IMG/VR virus record: IMGVR_UViG_3300020473_000024
Coordinates: 1 to 64,000 of that record
Strand: one strand, 5' to 3'
From: a virus
DNA: 64,000 nucleotides
Shown here: positions 39,925 to 47,774 of the stretch, piece after piece
How positions within the stretch are numbered: the first letter of the stretch is position 1
Layout of the letters: each line of letters starts with the position of its first letter
The notes under the pieces: generated by a model
Database searches by the model: none
What the model saw: the letters and a program-made list of their open reading frames with translations, nothing else
Told to the model about the DNA's origin: nothing
Translations under genes and position numbers: made by a program

Positions 39925-40398
39925 ATGAAAGAATATAGTTATGAGATGAGTAAGTATTTACCTGACGATTGTATTATTCGAGCATATTATTCGTCACAGA
40001 TTAATACGAATAAAAAGATAGGAAAGGCTAAAGACTTAGTACGTTGCGGATTAACTTCGTTCAAGATAGTAGATGACAGATTCTCCAACTATAGCAGAGA
40101 TACAGGTGAATCTTGGTATGACAACTTTGAAAAACCTCCTGTCGGGGAAATCTGTGAAGCGTATGTTGATGATGAATGGCAACAGGTTAAAATCATCCAG
40201 CACGATGGTGAGAATGTTGTATTCTCAGTTGACGGTAGAGATGGTGTTGAGTACAGAACATTGGGTTCATTGTTGTTATATCGTCCTGAATCTAAGGATC
40301 TATTTACAAGTTTGCACGATATGTTGGGACAAGAAGGTGTTGAAAATGTGGACATATTGGCTAACAAGATCAACAAGTTGGTCAAGCGGTATTATTAA
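39925..40398 (+). CDS. hypothetical protein (PPVG family)
   Basis: W....EKPPVGEICE module. Confidence 0.6.
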   Translation: MKEYSYEMSKYLPDDCIIRAYYSSQINTNKKIGKAKDLVRCGLTSFKIVDDRFSNYSRDTGESWYDNFEKPPVGEICEAYVDDEWQQVKIIQHDGENVVFSVDGRDGVEYRTLGSLLLYRPESKDLFTSLHDMLGQEGVENVDILANKINKLVKRYY

Positions 40399-40430
40399 GG
40401 AAAAATTACTCTAACTGTGGGAGGTAGTAT

Positions 40431-40652
40431 ATGACTAAAGTGATCAAAGTAGACTTTTTAAACAAATGTAGAGAAGGAGAATATGAGTATTCCCGTTATC
40501 TCTGCCACGTATGTGACAATCGCTATGAATATGACAGTCGTACCGACAAACCAGAGGATAAGATGCCCTACGTTAAGGTGCAACTACCTAAGCTGGGTAA
40601 GACAGTTAATATTTGTAAGTGCTGTGCTAACACACTCCACAGTTTATTCTAA
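40431..40652 (+). CDS. small Zn-finger protein
   Basis: CxxC...CxxC. Confidence 0.6.
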   Translation: MTKVIKVDFLNKCREGEYEYSRYLCHVCDNRYEYDSRTDKPEDKMPYVKVQLPKLGKTVNICKCCANTLHSLF

Positions 40653-40663
40653 CATCCTTTTAC

Positions 40664-40695
40664 AAAGCCCTCTGAATTATCCAAGAGGGCTTTTT
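40664..40695 (+). terminator. intrinsic terminator
   Basis: AAAGCCCTCT...AGAGGGCTTTTT. Confidence 0.8.
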
Positions 40696-41146
40696 AGATC
40701 CAATTCGATTTCTCATTTCAAATAACCTCAAAAATATATAGAAATTTTAGATCTAAACGGTTTTTTCATTTCAAAAAATTTCAAATTTTTATAGAATTTT
40801 CGCATCATTTGGTAAAAATGATCGAGGGGGGAGAGGGTGTAATGTTATAATGTAACGATCTAGAAATTACAGGCAGGGGTGGTGTTTATCTTCTACGGGA
40901 TTCAGTAGCCTTAACCTTCTATAAACAATTATAGAAAACATGGAACACAAAAGCAAGCCCTTTTTAAAATAAATTTTAAATTATTTTTGGTACAATAATT
41001 GCTACGCATACGCGCGTTAAACAAAGGGTATATATATTCCTAAAAGGAATATGTTTATAACAAATAAAATTAAAATTATTGCTTGATCTTTTCTGTGGGG
41101 TTGCTATTCTTTCGGACGTGTTCAACAAAACGTGAATAGGTGACTT

Positions 41147-41455
41147 ATGAAAACACACAAGAATAAGCAAGGCTTCACAGTTGTATCAGACGGACGTAGC
41201 AAGAGAGCAGGACGACCCCCTACAAAGTCTGAAGCGGCTTTACGCCACGTTAAGAAAATGTACGCTAACAAAGAATTTACAAGTGAAGATTTTATAAAGT
41301 CTTACCGCTTGCAACTACAGCAAGGGAAGACGCCTATTAATGTTCAAGCAGGAATGCTACTACGTAGCCTTGCCAAACGTGGGGATCTTGTCTGTCTAGG
41401 TATTAAAGAAACAACTAAACGCGGTAACAATCCAAAAATCTATAAATTAACTTAA
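41147..41455 (+). CDS. basic winged-helix-like early protein
   Basis: GRPP motif, wHTH-like C-terminus; promoter TTGATC-16-TATTCT upstream. Confidence 0.55.
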   Translation: MKTHKNKQGFTVVSDGRSKRAGRPPTKSEAALRHVKKMYANKEFTSEDFIKSYRLQLQQGKTPINVQAGMLLRSLAKRGDLVCLGIKETTKRGNNPKIYKLT

Positions 41456-41522
41456 TTGTAGGTTGACAGCATAACGTTGTATCGCTACGCTCTCACAATA
41501 ATTTTAATTGAATAGGTGATTT

Positions 41523-41843
41523 ATGAATAACTTAAACATCAGTACGGGTGAAGTTAGTTTCTACGGTTTCATGTGCGGCTATCTCGACCGCACCGAAAAC
41601 AGCGACACAGATCAAAGTGTAGAAATATATCACGATGGTTTATTTCATGTGCGTATGTTTGATAATAAAGCGCCCAATGCTGGACGTGGCAAGGGTTTTA
41701 ACGCTGGGTTGGACTGTGGCGCGTTTTGGCTATCATTCGAGCGTCTAACCGATGCGCGAAAACTATATCGAAAACTACGTACTTGCGTTAAACGTAACAA
41801 TGATTATACTAGTATTTTAGCGTTTGATAACGGGGAGGTATAA
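41523..41843 (+). CDS. early hypothetical protein
   Basis: Promoter TTGACA-17-TACGCT and AGGTGA RBS. Confidence 0.65.
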   Translation: MNNLNISTGEVSFYGFMCGYLDRTENSDTDQSVEIYHDGLFHVRMFDNKAPNAGRGKGFNAGLDCGAFWLSFERLTDARKLYRKLRTCVKRNNDYTSILAFDNGEV

Positions 41844-41847
41844 GACA

Positions 41848-42219
41848 ATGATGACGTTACAAGAGGCTTACACAAAACAATCTGAGCTAGAAGATCAGAT
41901 CAAAGAGTTACAATCAGATCTATCTGATATGAAAAACAACCCTCAACTGTGGTGGGATCTAGATGGTCAATATAATGATATGCTAGATGATTGTCATGAT
42001 CCTGTAGAAATAGCAGGTATTGAATTTTCACCAAGCCAGATTTTAGCAGAGTGTGATCCGACTGCTTACCGTTGTTGTTTTTCAGACTATTGTTCCGACT
42101 ATGACGTATATTCAATGCCTGAGTATCAAGATCGTGAAAGTGAACTAGAAGATCTAGAATCCGAGCTAGAAGAGCTAGAAGAAGAGATCGACGAACTAGA
42201 ATCTGAAGAAGAGGCATAA
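41848..42219 (+). CDS. highly acidic early protein (candidate DNA mimic)
   Basis: About 39 D/E versus 5 K/R in 123 aa; GGAGG RBS. Confidence 0.65.
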   Translation: MMTLQEAYTKQSELEDQIKELQSDLSDMKNNPQLWWDLDGQYNDMLDDCHDPVEIAGIEFSPSQILAECDPTAYRCCFSDYCSDYDVYSMPEYQDRESELEDLESELEELEEEIDELESEEEA

Positions 42220-42224
42220 CAACT

Positions 42225-42386
42225 ATGATGTACACTAAAAACCAGATCATCTCTATTGGTGGGATAGAGTTTAAAATAATTGGTTTTGTAAATAGCCATA
42301 CACTAGAGGTGGTTAGCACTGATCCAGTACCTAAGGGATTTAAACCTAAGCCTCAAACTATAGATATAAGTCAGATCGATAAGTAG
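42225..42386 (+). CDS. small hypothetical protein (53 aa, not in ORF track)
   Basis: MMYTKNQIIS...; fills the gap before the terminator. Confidence 0.5.
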   Translation: MMYTKNQIISIGGIEFKIIGFVNSHTLEVVSTDPVPKGFKPKPQTIDISQIDK

Positions 42387-42393
42387 TTTTAAT

Positions 42394-42430
42394 AAAAGGG
42401 TTTGACAGGCTCAAGCCCTTTGTTTAAGAT
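42394..42430 (+). promoter_or_regulatory. composite terminator/promoter
   Basis: AAAAGGGTTTGA...TCAAGCCCTTT hairpin containing TTGACA-17-TAAGAT. Confidence 0.6.
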
Positions 42431-42470
42431 TATTTTAGTATTAAGGTAAACAACCAATAAAGGTGACATT

Positions 42471-42884
42471 ATGAACAAGCAAGATCAGCAAGTGCAGGAT
42501 TATTTGGATAAAATAGGGGTAAAATTCACTTGTGTTTATCAAGGACAGATTATAAAACACGACTGGAACGATCAAAAAGTCAACAGTTATAGGGTGACAT
42601 TCGGTGAATATTTTTATTCATTCTATCAAGGGTTAGGGATAAAAGAAGAGCCAACAGCGGCTAGTGTCCTGTATTGTCTACTATTTGATATTCTTATCGC
42701 TGATTACTCAGTACAGGAATACTTAGATGAGTTTGAAGGCGTAGACGAATACGATCTAACAGTAGCAAGGCAAGAAGAGATAAAAGCATTGATTGAACAA
42801 TGCGGGGACTACCGACTATGTTTAACTGACACTTTCACAACTGATCAGATCGATTATCTACGTGAATTATTAGAGGACTATTAA
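42471..42884 (+). CDS. early hypothetical protein
   Basis: FYQG.G....PT..SVL.CL..D motif. Confidence 0.65.
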   Translation: MNKQDQQVQDYLDKIGVKFTCVYQGQIIKHDWNDQKVNSYRVTFGEYFYSFYQGLGIKEEPTAASVLYCLLFDILIADYSVQEYLDEFEGVDEYDLTVARQEEIKALIEQCGDYRLCLTDTFTTDQIDYLRELLEDY

Positions 42885-42885
42885 G

Positions 42886-43164
42886 ATGCAAATAACACAG
42901 ATGATTAACAGCAACGGCAATCCAGCGGCTAACCAATTTGTAATAAATACGGATAAAGGGCAATACTTTCAAAGCTATGACACGTTAATAGCTTTTAAGC
43001 CTCGCACAGGTGACACGCCTATTATTACAAGCAGTTGGGATCATTCAGCTTCAACACTGAAGCATTTAAAGCTATTTCTAGGAACTAGCTTAAGTAAGAA
43101 GGAATTACAAAAGCGGATTAAATCAGGCGCTTTAATTCTCGACAATGATCTTAAGGTGGAATAA
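42886..43164 (+). CDS. early hypothetical protein
   Basis: ANQFVI...FQSY...IA. Confidence 0.65.
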   Translation: MQITQMINSNGNPAANQFVINTDKGQYFQSYDTLIAFKPRTGDTPIITSSWDHSASTLKHLKLFLGTSLSKKELQKRIKSGALILDNDLKVE

Positions 43165-43421
43165 TGTTTAATTTATTCAAAAGTAAGCCAAATACTAGCC
43201 AAGTAGAACGCAAGTTACAGAGTCAAGAACTCATGCGTAGTAAGCTAGCTATAACACTAATTGAGCTTGAAGCGGTTGCCAGTAATGATCTAATTGATGA
43301 TCTGATGAAGTGTTTAGACATTGTTGGTAATAGCAAGCTGAAACACGGATCTTTTATTTGTGGCGGTTATAATATCGTTGTAAATGAAAATTCAATCAAT
43401 ATCGTTAAAATGACAAATTAG
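43164..43421 (+). CDS. early hypothetical protein
   Basis: TAATG coupling. Confidence 0.55.
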   Translation: MFNLFKSKPNTSQVERKLQSQELMRSKLAITLIELEAVASNDLIDDLMKCLDIVGNSKLKHGSFICGGYNIVVNENSINIVKMTN

Positions 43422-43430
43422 GGTGATACA

Positions 43431-43550
43431 ATGAAAAGAGAAATTTTACACGGTAAAAACTCACGCTTAAGCAAAGCAGAGCGCAAGCGCATCAAACAAC
43501 TACGCCAGCAACGCCAAGCCCCACGGGGTAAACAATGGCAAACTCAATAA
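43431..43550 (+). CDS. small basic early peptide (39 aa, not in ORF track)
   Basis: GGGTGA RBS; MKREILHGKNSRLSKAERKRIKQLR... Confidence 0.6.
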   Translation: MKREILHGKNSRLSKAERKRIKQLRQQRQAPRGKQWQTQ

Positions 43551-43565
43551 TATATGTATATATAT

Positions 43566-43588
43566 AAGCCCCTTAATTGGGGCTTTTT
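43566..43588 (+). terminator. intrinsic terminator
   Basis: AAGCCCC-TTAATT-GGGGCTTTTT. Confidence 0.85.
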
Positions 43589-43890
43589 AGTGCCTACCAG
43601 CTTATATTCCTTTTTAATATAAATACCCCAAAATATAAACTAAAATAGTCTTATACAGGGGTTGACAAATTCAGCATTGAGAGATCTCCCCCTACCCTAT
43701 ACAATGCCCCCACTAAAGATTAAAACCGCTTAGAATGCGTTTGAGAGCGTTTTAGAGCTATATTAGTAAAAGTTATAAAAATAACCGGTTTATTCTTTTT
43801 AATTTTAAAATAATTGCATTATCCCCTTGCATTATTCGATCACCCTACCTATACTTAGCCTACATTCATTAAATAAGTAAGGTAAACATC

Positions 43891-44181
43891 ATGGCTAAAG
43901 CAATACAGGCTCATTTCGGGACAGTTTCTAACGGACTAGGCGTTGAATGGGCTCTACGTGCGGATGGACAATGGTTTTCACGTTATCAAAACAACACACC
44001 GTATGGTGTACAATGGAGCAAATGGGCAAAGGATGATCCAACGTGGGAAACTGGCGGAACTAACGCTTATTCAGGTGAACGGTTTGAATATGACGAGCCT
44101 CGGATTGCTTGCGGCTTTTCTTCACCGTGCGAGCGTATAGACGATGATTTAATCCCGCGTTGGAGATTGCCTAACGATTGA
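43891..44181 (+). CDS. early hypothetical protein
   Basis: Own promoter TTGCAT-17-TATACT; Trp-rich. Confidence 0.65.
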   Translation: MAKAIQAHFGTVSNGLGVEWALRADGQWFSRYQNNTPYGVQWSKWAKDDPTWETGGTNAYSGERFEYDEPRIACGFSSPCERIDDDLIPRWRLPND

Positions 44182-44217
44182 TAACAATCCAACCGATTAG
44201 ACATAACATCAAATCAC

Positions 44218-44240
44218 AGGGGCGCATTAAGCGCCCTTTG
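44218..44240 (+). terminator. intrinsic terminator
   Basis: GGGCGC-ATTAA-GCGCCCTTT. Confidence 0.7.
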
Positions 44241-44533
44241 TCGTTGGTGAAGCGAAAGAAAAACAAAAAGAATAAGCGCAACCAATATCACTCCATGTCT
44301 TTATAGCCTCTCATAGCCCTTCTAAGGGCTTTATTTTTGTGTCCTAGTGCAATCATATAGCCTACTCATTTTACGCCTAGATAATGCGATTCTGTTGATT
44401 AAATAGGCGTAAAATATATATATATACATATGTTATAGGCTTTATGTGAGAGATACTGAGGACTACGGGCGAATGTATGTCGAACAATTCTTTAATATTA
44501 AAATAATTCTAGTAAGTTTAAGATTAAAGAAAG

Positions 44534-44549
44534 TGTTCCACATGGAACA
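44534..44549. other. parS-like palindrome
   Basis: TGTTCCACATGGAACA, 15/16 to the parS variant TGTTCCACGTGGAACA. Confidence 0.6.
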
Positions 44550-44697
44550 TTCTTTTAATATTAAATCAATCAATATATTTAATATTAATCGATAAAATAA
44601 GTTAGCCGATATGACCACCACAAGTGGGAATTTGTGCTAACAGTTGGTTAAATTGACTAATTTAATCAGAGCAAAACAAGCGAATAATTGAGCCTTG

Positions 44698-44725
44698 ATT
44701 GCGTATAATAAGCATTATGTTAAAT
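44698..44725 (+). other. dif-like XerC/XerD recombination site
   Basis: ATTGCGTATAA-TAAGCA-TTATGTTAAAT; 11-6-11 layout with an exact XerD arm. Confidence 0.75.
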
Positions 44726-44814
44726 TTAATATTAAAGCCTTGATATTTTGGAATTATTGAGGTTTGACGCAGGACAGAAGGGGACTGTGTTAAACACCTC
44801 CCACGCCCCTACCT

Positions 44815-44888
44815 AGATATTTATTTCTCAAGGAGGAGATATTTATTTCTCAAGGAGGAGATATTTATTTCTCAAGGAGGAGATATTT
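44815..44888 (+). repeat. 3.4 x 22-bp perfect tandem repeat
   Basis: AGATATTTATTTCTCAAGGAGG at 44815, 44837 and 44859, plus a partial copy at 44881. Confidence 0.95.
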
Positions 44889-45559
44889 TTACAAAGAGAG
44901 GATAAGCTCTAGGAGAGCCTATAACAGCTCGGATATTTTAGGATAGGTGGTAGGAGGATATTTTAATATTAAGCTCTTAGGGAGCTGTACAGAGCATCTG
45001 AGGTGAATATCTTAGGGTATGTGTTGGTTTGTTTGTAGAAGAGGGGAATAAAACAGGAAAAACAGGGATATTCTGTAAACAGAATGAGGGATATTTTGGT
45101 ATGTGATATTTTAGTGGAGCGCCATGTATCATGGCTACTCCAGAGAATATAGAGTCCCTGATATTTCAGTGTTTGTTTTTACTTCTGTTTTCACTGTTAA
45201 GAACAGTGGTTTGTATTGGTATTTCCGATTATAACATTTTATTAACAATTAAAGAAAACACGACACTTACAATTTTTACATGTCTTCATAGATTTACTAT
45301 CTTCTTTTGTTAAAGATTTTATCTTCCCAGAGGGTTTTAACTCCTCTTTTGTTTGTGGTGTAAGACAGCGGTAGCAGATTAACATATCAACTCTCCTCTA
45401 TCAACTCATATACTCTGTCTAGCACTTCCTGATTATCCTCTTGCTCATCCAAAGAAACACCTTCTATCCAGCTCCACTCAATCCCACCTCCCCCAATTTT
45501 AAGGAAGTGGTGTTGTAGGATGTGTTTTAATATATCTGTGTCTGTCATGTTTATTCTCC

Positions 45560-45850
45560 TTAAAACAGTTTAATACTATCAGCCAATCGTTTAAGTTGGT
45601 CTTCCCCTTGTGTATAGAATCTCTGTTTAATCAGATAGCACAACTCAATCTCATCTTCTGGAGATAACCCCTCAAACACCTTCTTTGGATATAAATGTTC
45701 TCCTTTGTTGTCAATGAGGGCAACAATACCGTCAGGGAGGCAAGGATTCTCCAATGAATATCGTTCATAAGTATTATCACGATCTATCGAAGTTAGCTTC
45801 TCTACAATTGTGTCAGGATGATTTATCAGACGTATTAAATGTTCTCTCAT
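45560..45850 (-). CDS. hypothetical protein
   Basis: ORF with RBS. Confidence 0.55.
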   Translation of the reverse strand: MREHLIRLINHPDTIVEKLTSIDRDNTYERYSLENPCLPDGIVALIDNKGEHLYPKKVFEGLSPEDEIELCYLIKQRFYTQGEDQLKRLADSIKLF

Positions 45851-45920
45851 AATTATTTATATCCTTTTATAATGTTAATTCACATTGTTGTGTTGATATA
45901 TTGACAATATAGTGTTTATT

Positions 45921-46214
45921 TCACCAGTTATATTTAACCCAGTTTTTACACCAACCATCAGAATCGGTTATTACAGACAGGGTTAGACAGCTCCTCGCTA
46001 CATTCCCATACCCTGCTTCACCAACATCTCCTACTCTTCTATTCAGGTAAGCATAACCTTCGTACAAGTCAGAGTTTTCCACTTCTTTCATTTTCATAGA
46101 TGACTCAGTTAATTTAACACAAGCAACAACATCTTGTCTAGACTTATCTCCAATCTGCCTCGCATGATGACATGTCAGGCATCTTTGATTAACAGGGTTA
46201 TGCTTCATAATCAT
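45921..46214 (-). CDS. Cys-rich hypothetical protein
   Basis: CLTCHH...C...WC..W. Confidence 0.55.
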   Translation of the reverse strand: MIMKHNPVNQRCLTCHHARQIGDKSRQDVVACVKLTESSMKMKEVENSDLYEGYAYLNRRVGDVGEAGYGNVARSCLTLSVITDSDGWCKNWVKYNW

Positions 46215-46396
46215 TGTCCCCGACCAATTTTAGCTTCAAACTCTTGTTGAGTATCTTTTACATAAACCCAATCCCCGTTTGAAAAGTGAATCTTACTACT
46301 ATCCTCGTTAATTAAGATCAAAGTTACCCCTTTGGTGTTAACCAAAGCTTTTGTCCCACTATCTCGCATAGTTAATTCTATAAACACTATTACCTC

Positions 46397-46630
46397 CTAA
46401 TAAAATGTATTTCTCTGGTTATCCCACATAGGGTTAGAATAAGGATAGACCTGTGGATTGATCATAGGACTAGCTTCTCTTGTTCGCTTTAAATCATCAA
46501 CACCCTTCTTATCTTTTCCTGCTCCATTAAAAGAAGAGAGGAGTGCTACGGCTTCATCCAAACTCTCACACTCCACTGTCATTTCTTTTGATACATCTCC
46601 TGCATATTCGCTAATAGTTAACTTAATCAT
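46397..46630 (-). CDS. hypothetical protein
   Basis: Coupled; N-terminus resembles 46874-47230. Confidence 0.55.
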   Translation of the reverse strand: MIKLTISEYAGDVSKEMTVECESLDEAVALLSSFNGAGKDKKGVDDLKRTREASPMINPQVYPYSNPMWDNQRNTFY

Positions 46631-46842
46631 AACGTAAATTCCTCCATTCGTCTAAGTGCTTTCTCTACACGTTCTTTCTGTTCCTCATAAGTTAGTTCGC
46701 CATTCCCTTCTCTATGTGCTCTACTCCAGTTACAGATAAGATTAACAGCTTCCTGCATCTTAGGATTGTTGCATGTAATAGAATACATTTGTATTGTGTG
46801 GAAGAAACCATGTATGATATTTAATTGCTCTCTTTCAGTCAT
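46627..46842 (-). CDS. hypothetical protein
   Basis: WS.AHR.GNGE motif; GAGGAG RBS. Confidence 0.6.
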   Translation of the reverse strand: MTEREQLNIIHGFFHTIQMYSITCNNPKMQEAVNLICNWSRAHREGNGELTYEEQKERVEKALRRMEEFTL

Positions 46843-46873
46843 TATAACTCCTCTGGTTGTTTGAATAAAGGTG

Positions 46874-47230
46874 TTAAGATCCTCTCGATGCTATTTCTGT
46901 GAATTGTGAAGGAGAGTTGTACGTGTAGCCTTCTTCGAAATAGCGCATCGCACAGTCACTCCCGTAACTATATTTTTCGTCATCATACCAAACTTTAGAT
47001 CCGTAGTGAGTCTCGCCATAGTATTTAGCCCAGTCGGGTGCTCCACTCCAATCAACCAGAGAATGTGACTGAGCTTTTTGATTAGGTATATTGATTAGCT
47101 CTTCCTTATTGCGTTTTTCGTTATTAAAGAACGCATCTGTCAAAGCCAACACTTCTGCTAGCGTAGCATCTTGAATTTCGATGCTGTCAACATACCCATC
47201 ACCTAAATCACTTGTTAATGTAATTTTCAT
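46874..47230 (-). CDS. hypothetical protein
   Basis: DWS.APDWA module. Confidence 0.6.
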   Translation of the reverse strand: MKITLTSDLGDGYVDSIEIQDATLAEVLALTDAFFNNEKRNKEELINIPNQKAQSHSLVDWSGAPDWAKYYGETHYGSKVWYDDEKYSYGSDCAMRYFEEGYTYNSPSQFTEIASRGS

Positions 47231-47234
47231 AATG

Positions 47235-47774
47235 TTATTCTCCCAGTTGCTTCTTAATTTGTTCAGCCTGTTCTGGCGTTACTTCTAGTGTTAGCGTCAC
47301 TTTCTCAGGCTTACGTTCAAATAATACAGTTCCATCACGATCGATAACTTTCATTATATCCCACTCTGATTGATTGAAGTGGGTTAAGTCATCTTCGATT
47401 TCGCACAGCTTGAAGCGAGTAAACAAGCTGAAATCTCTTGAGCCTAGTACATCACCCATGAGTTTACGACTAATCCGAGAATTACGGTGATGCAATCTTA
47501 CGCCATCCCATTTGCGCTTCTTCAAATCACTCTTACTAAATTGCTTTTGTGCCATTCCAATCTTCTCCTTAAATTGTTGCTTGGTGAGCTTAACCGAATT
47601 AGTATTCTCACAATAACAAGTCCAGAAATAACCAAGCGCTGGGCTATATTTTAAGTATGTATCACTACTAGCCCACTCATACTGGATGTCACTTACAGAA
47701 TAATTCTCCCAGATATAGTCCAGCATTTCTTGATCAAAATCATCTGTGTAAAAACTTTCATTAAAGTGATTCAT
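47235..47774 (-). CDS. two-module hypothetical protein
   Basis: Internal RBS+ATG at 47555; WDIMKV...LFER. Confidence 0.6.
   Translation of the reverse strand: MNHFNESFYTDDFDQEMLDYIWENYSVSDIQYEWASSDTYLKYSPALGYFWTCYCENTNSVKLTKQQFKEKIGMAQKQFSKSDLKKRKWDGVRLHHRNSRISRKLMGDVLGSRDFSLFTRFKLCEIEDDLTHFNQSEWDIMKVIDRDGTVLFERKPEKVTLTLEVTPEQAEQIKKQLGE

Noticed and set aside
43690-43697. KOPS-like GGGTAGGG
   Set aside because: Single 8-mer pointing away from the dif-like site; expected by chance
44648-44665. TTAAATT-GACT-AATTTAA palindrome as a quorum-sensing regulator site
   Set aside because: Only a loose resemblance in very AT-rich DNA; cannot be supported without a PWM
44815-44888. 22-bp repeats as a CRISPR array
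   Set aside because: Repeats are contiguous with no spacers, and no cas genes are visible
45131-45313. 60-aa + strand ORF
   Set aside because: Low-complexity sequence in the repeat/convergence zone with no recognisable features
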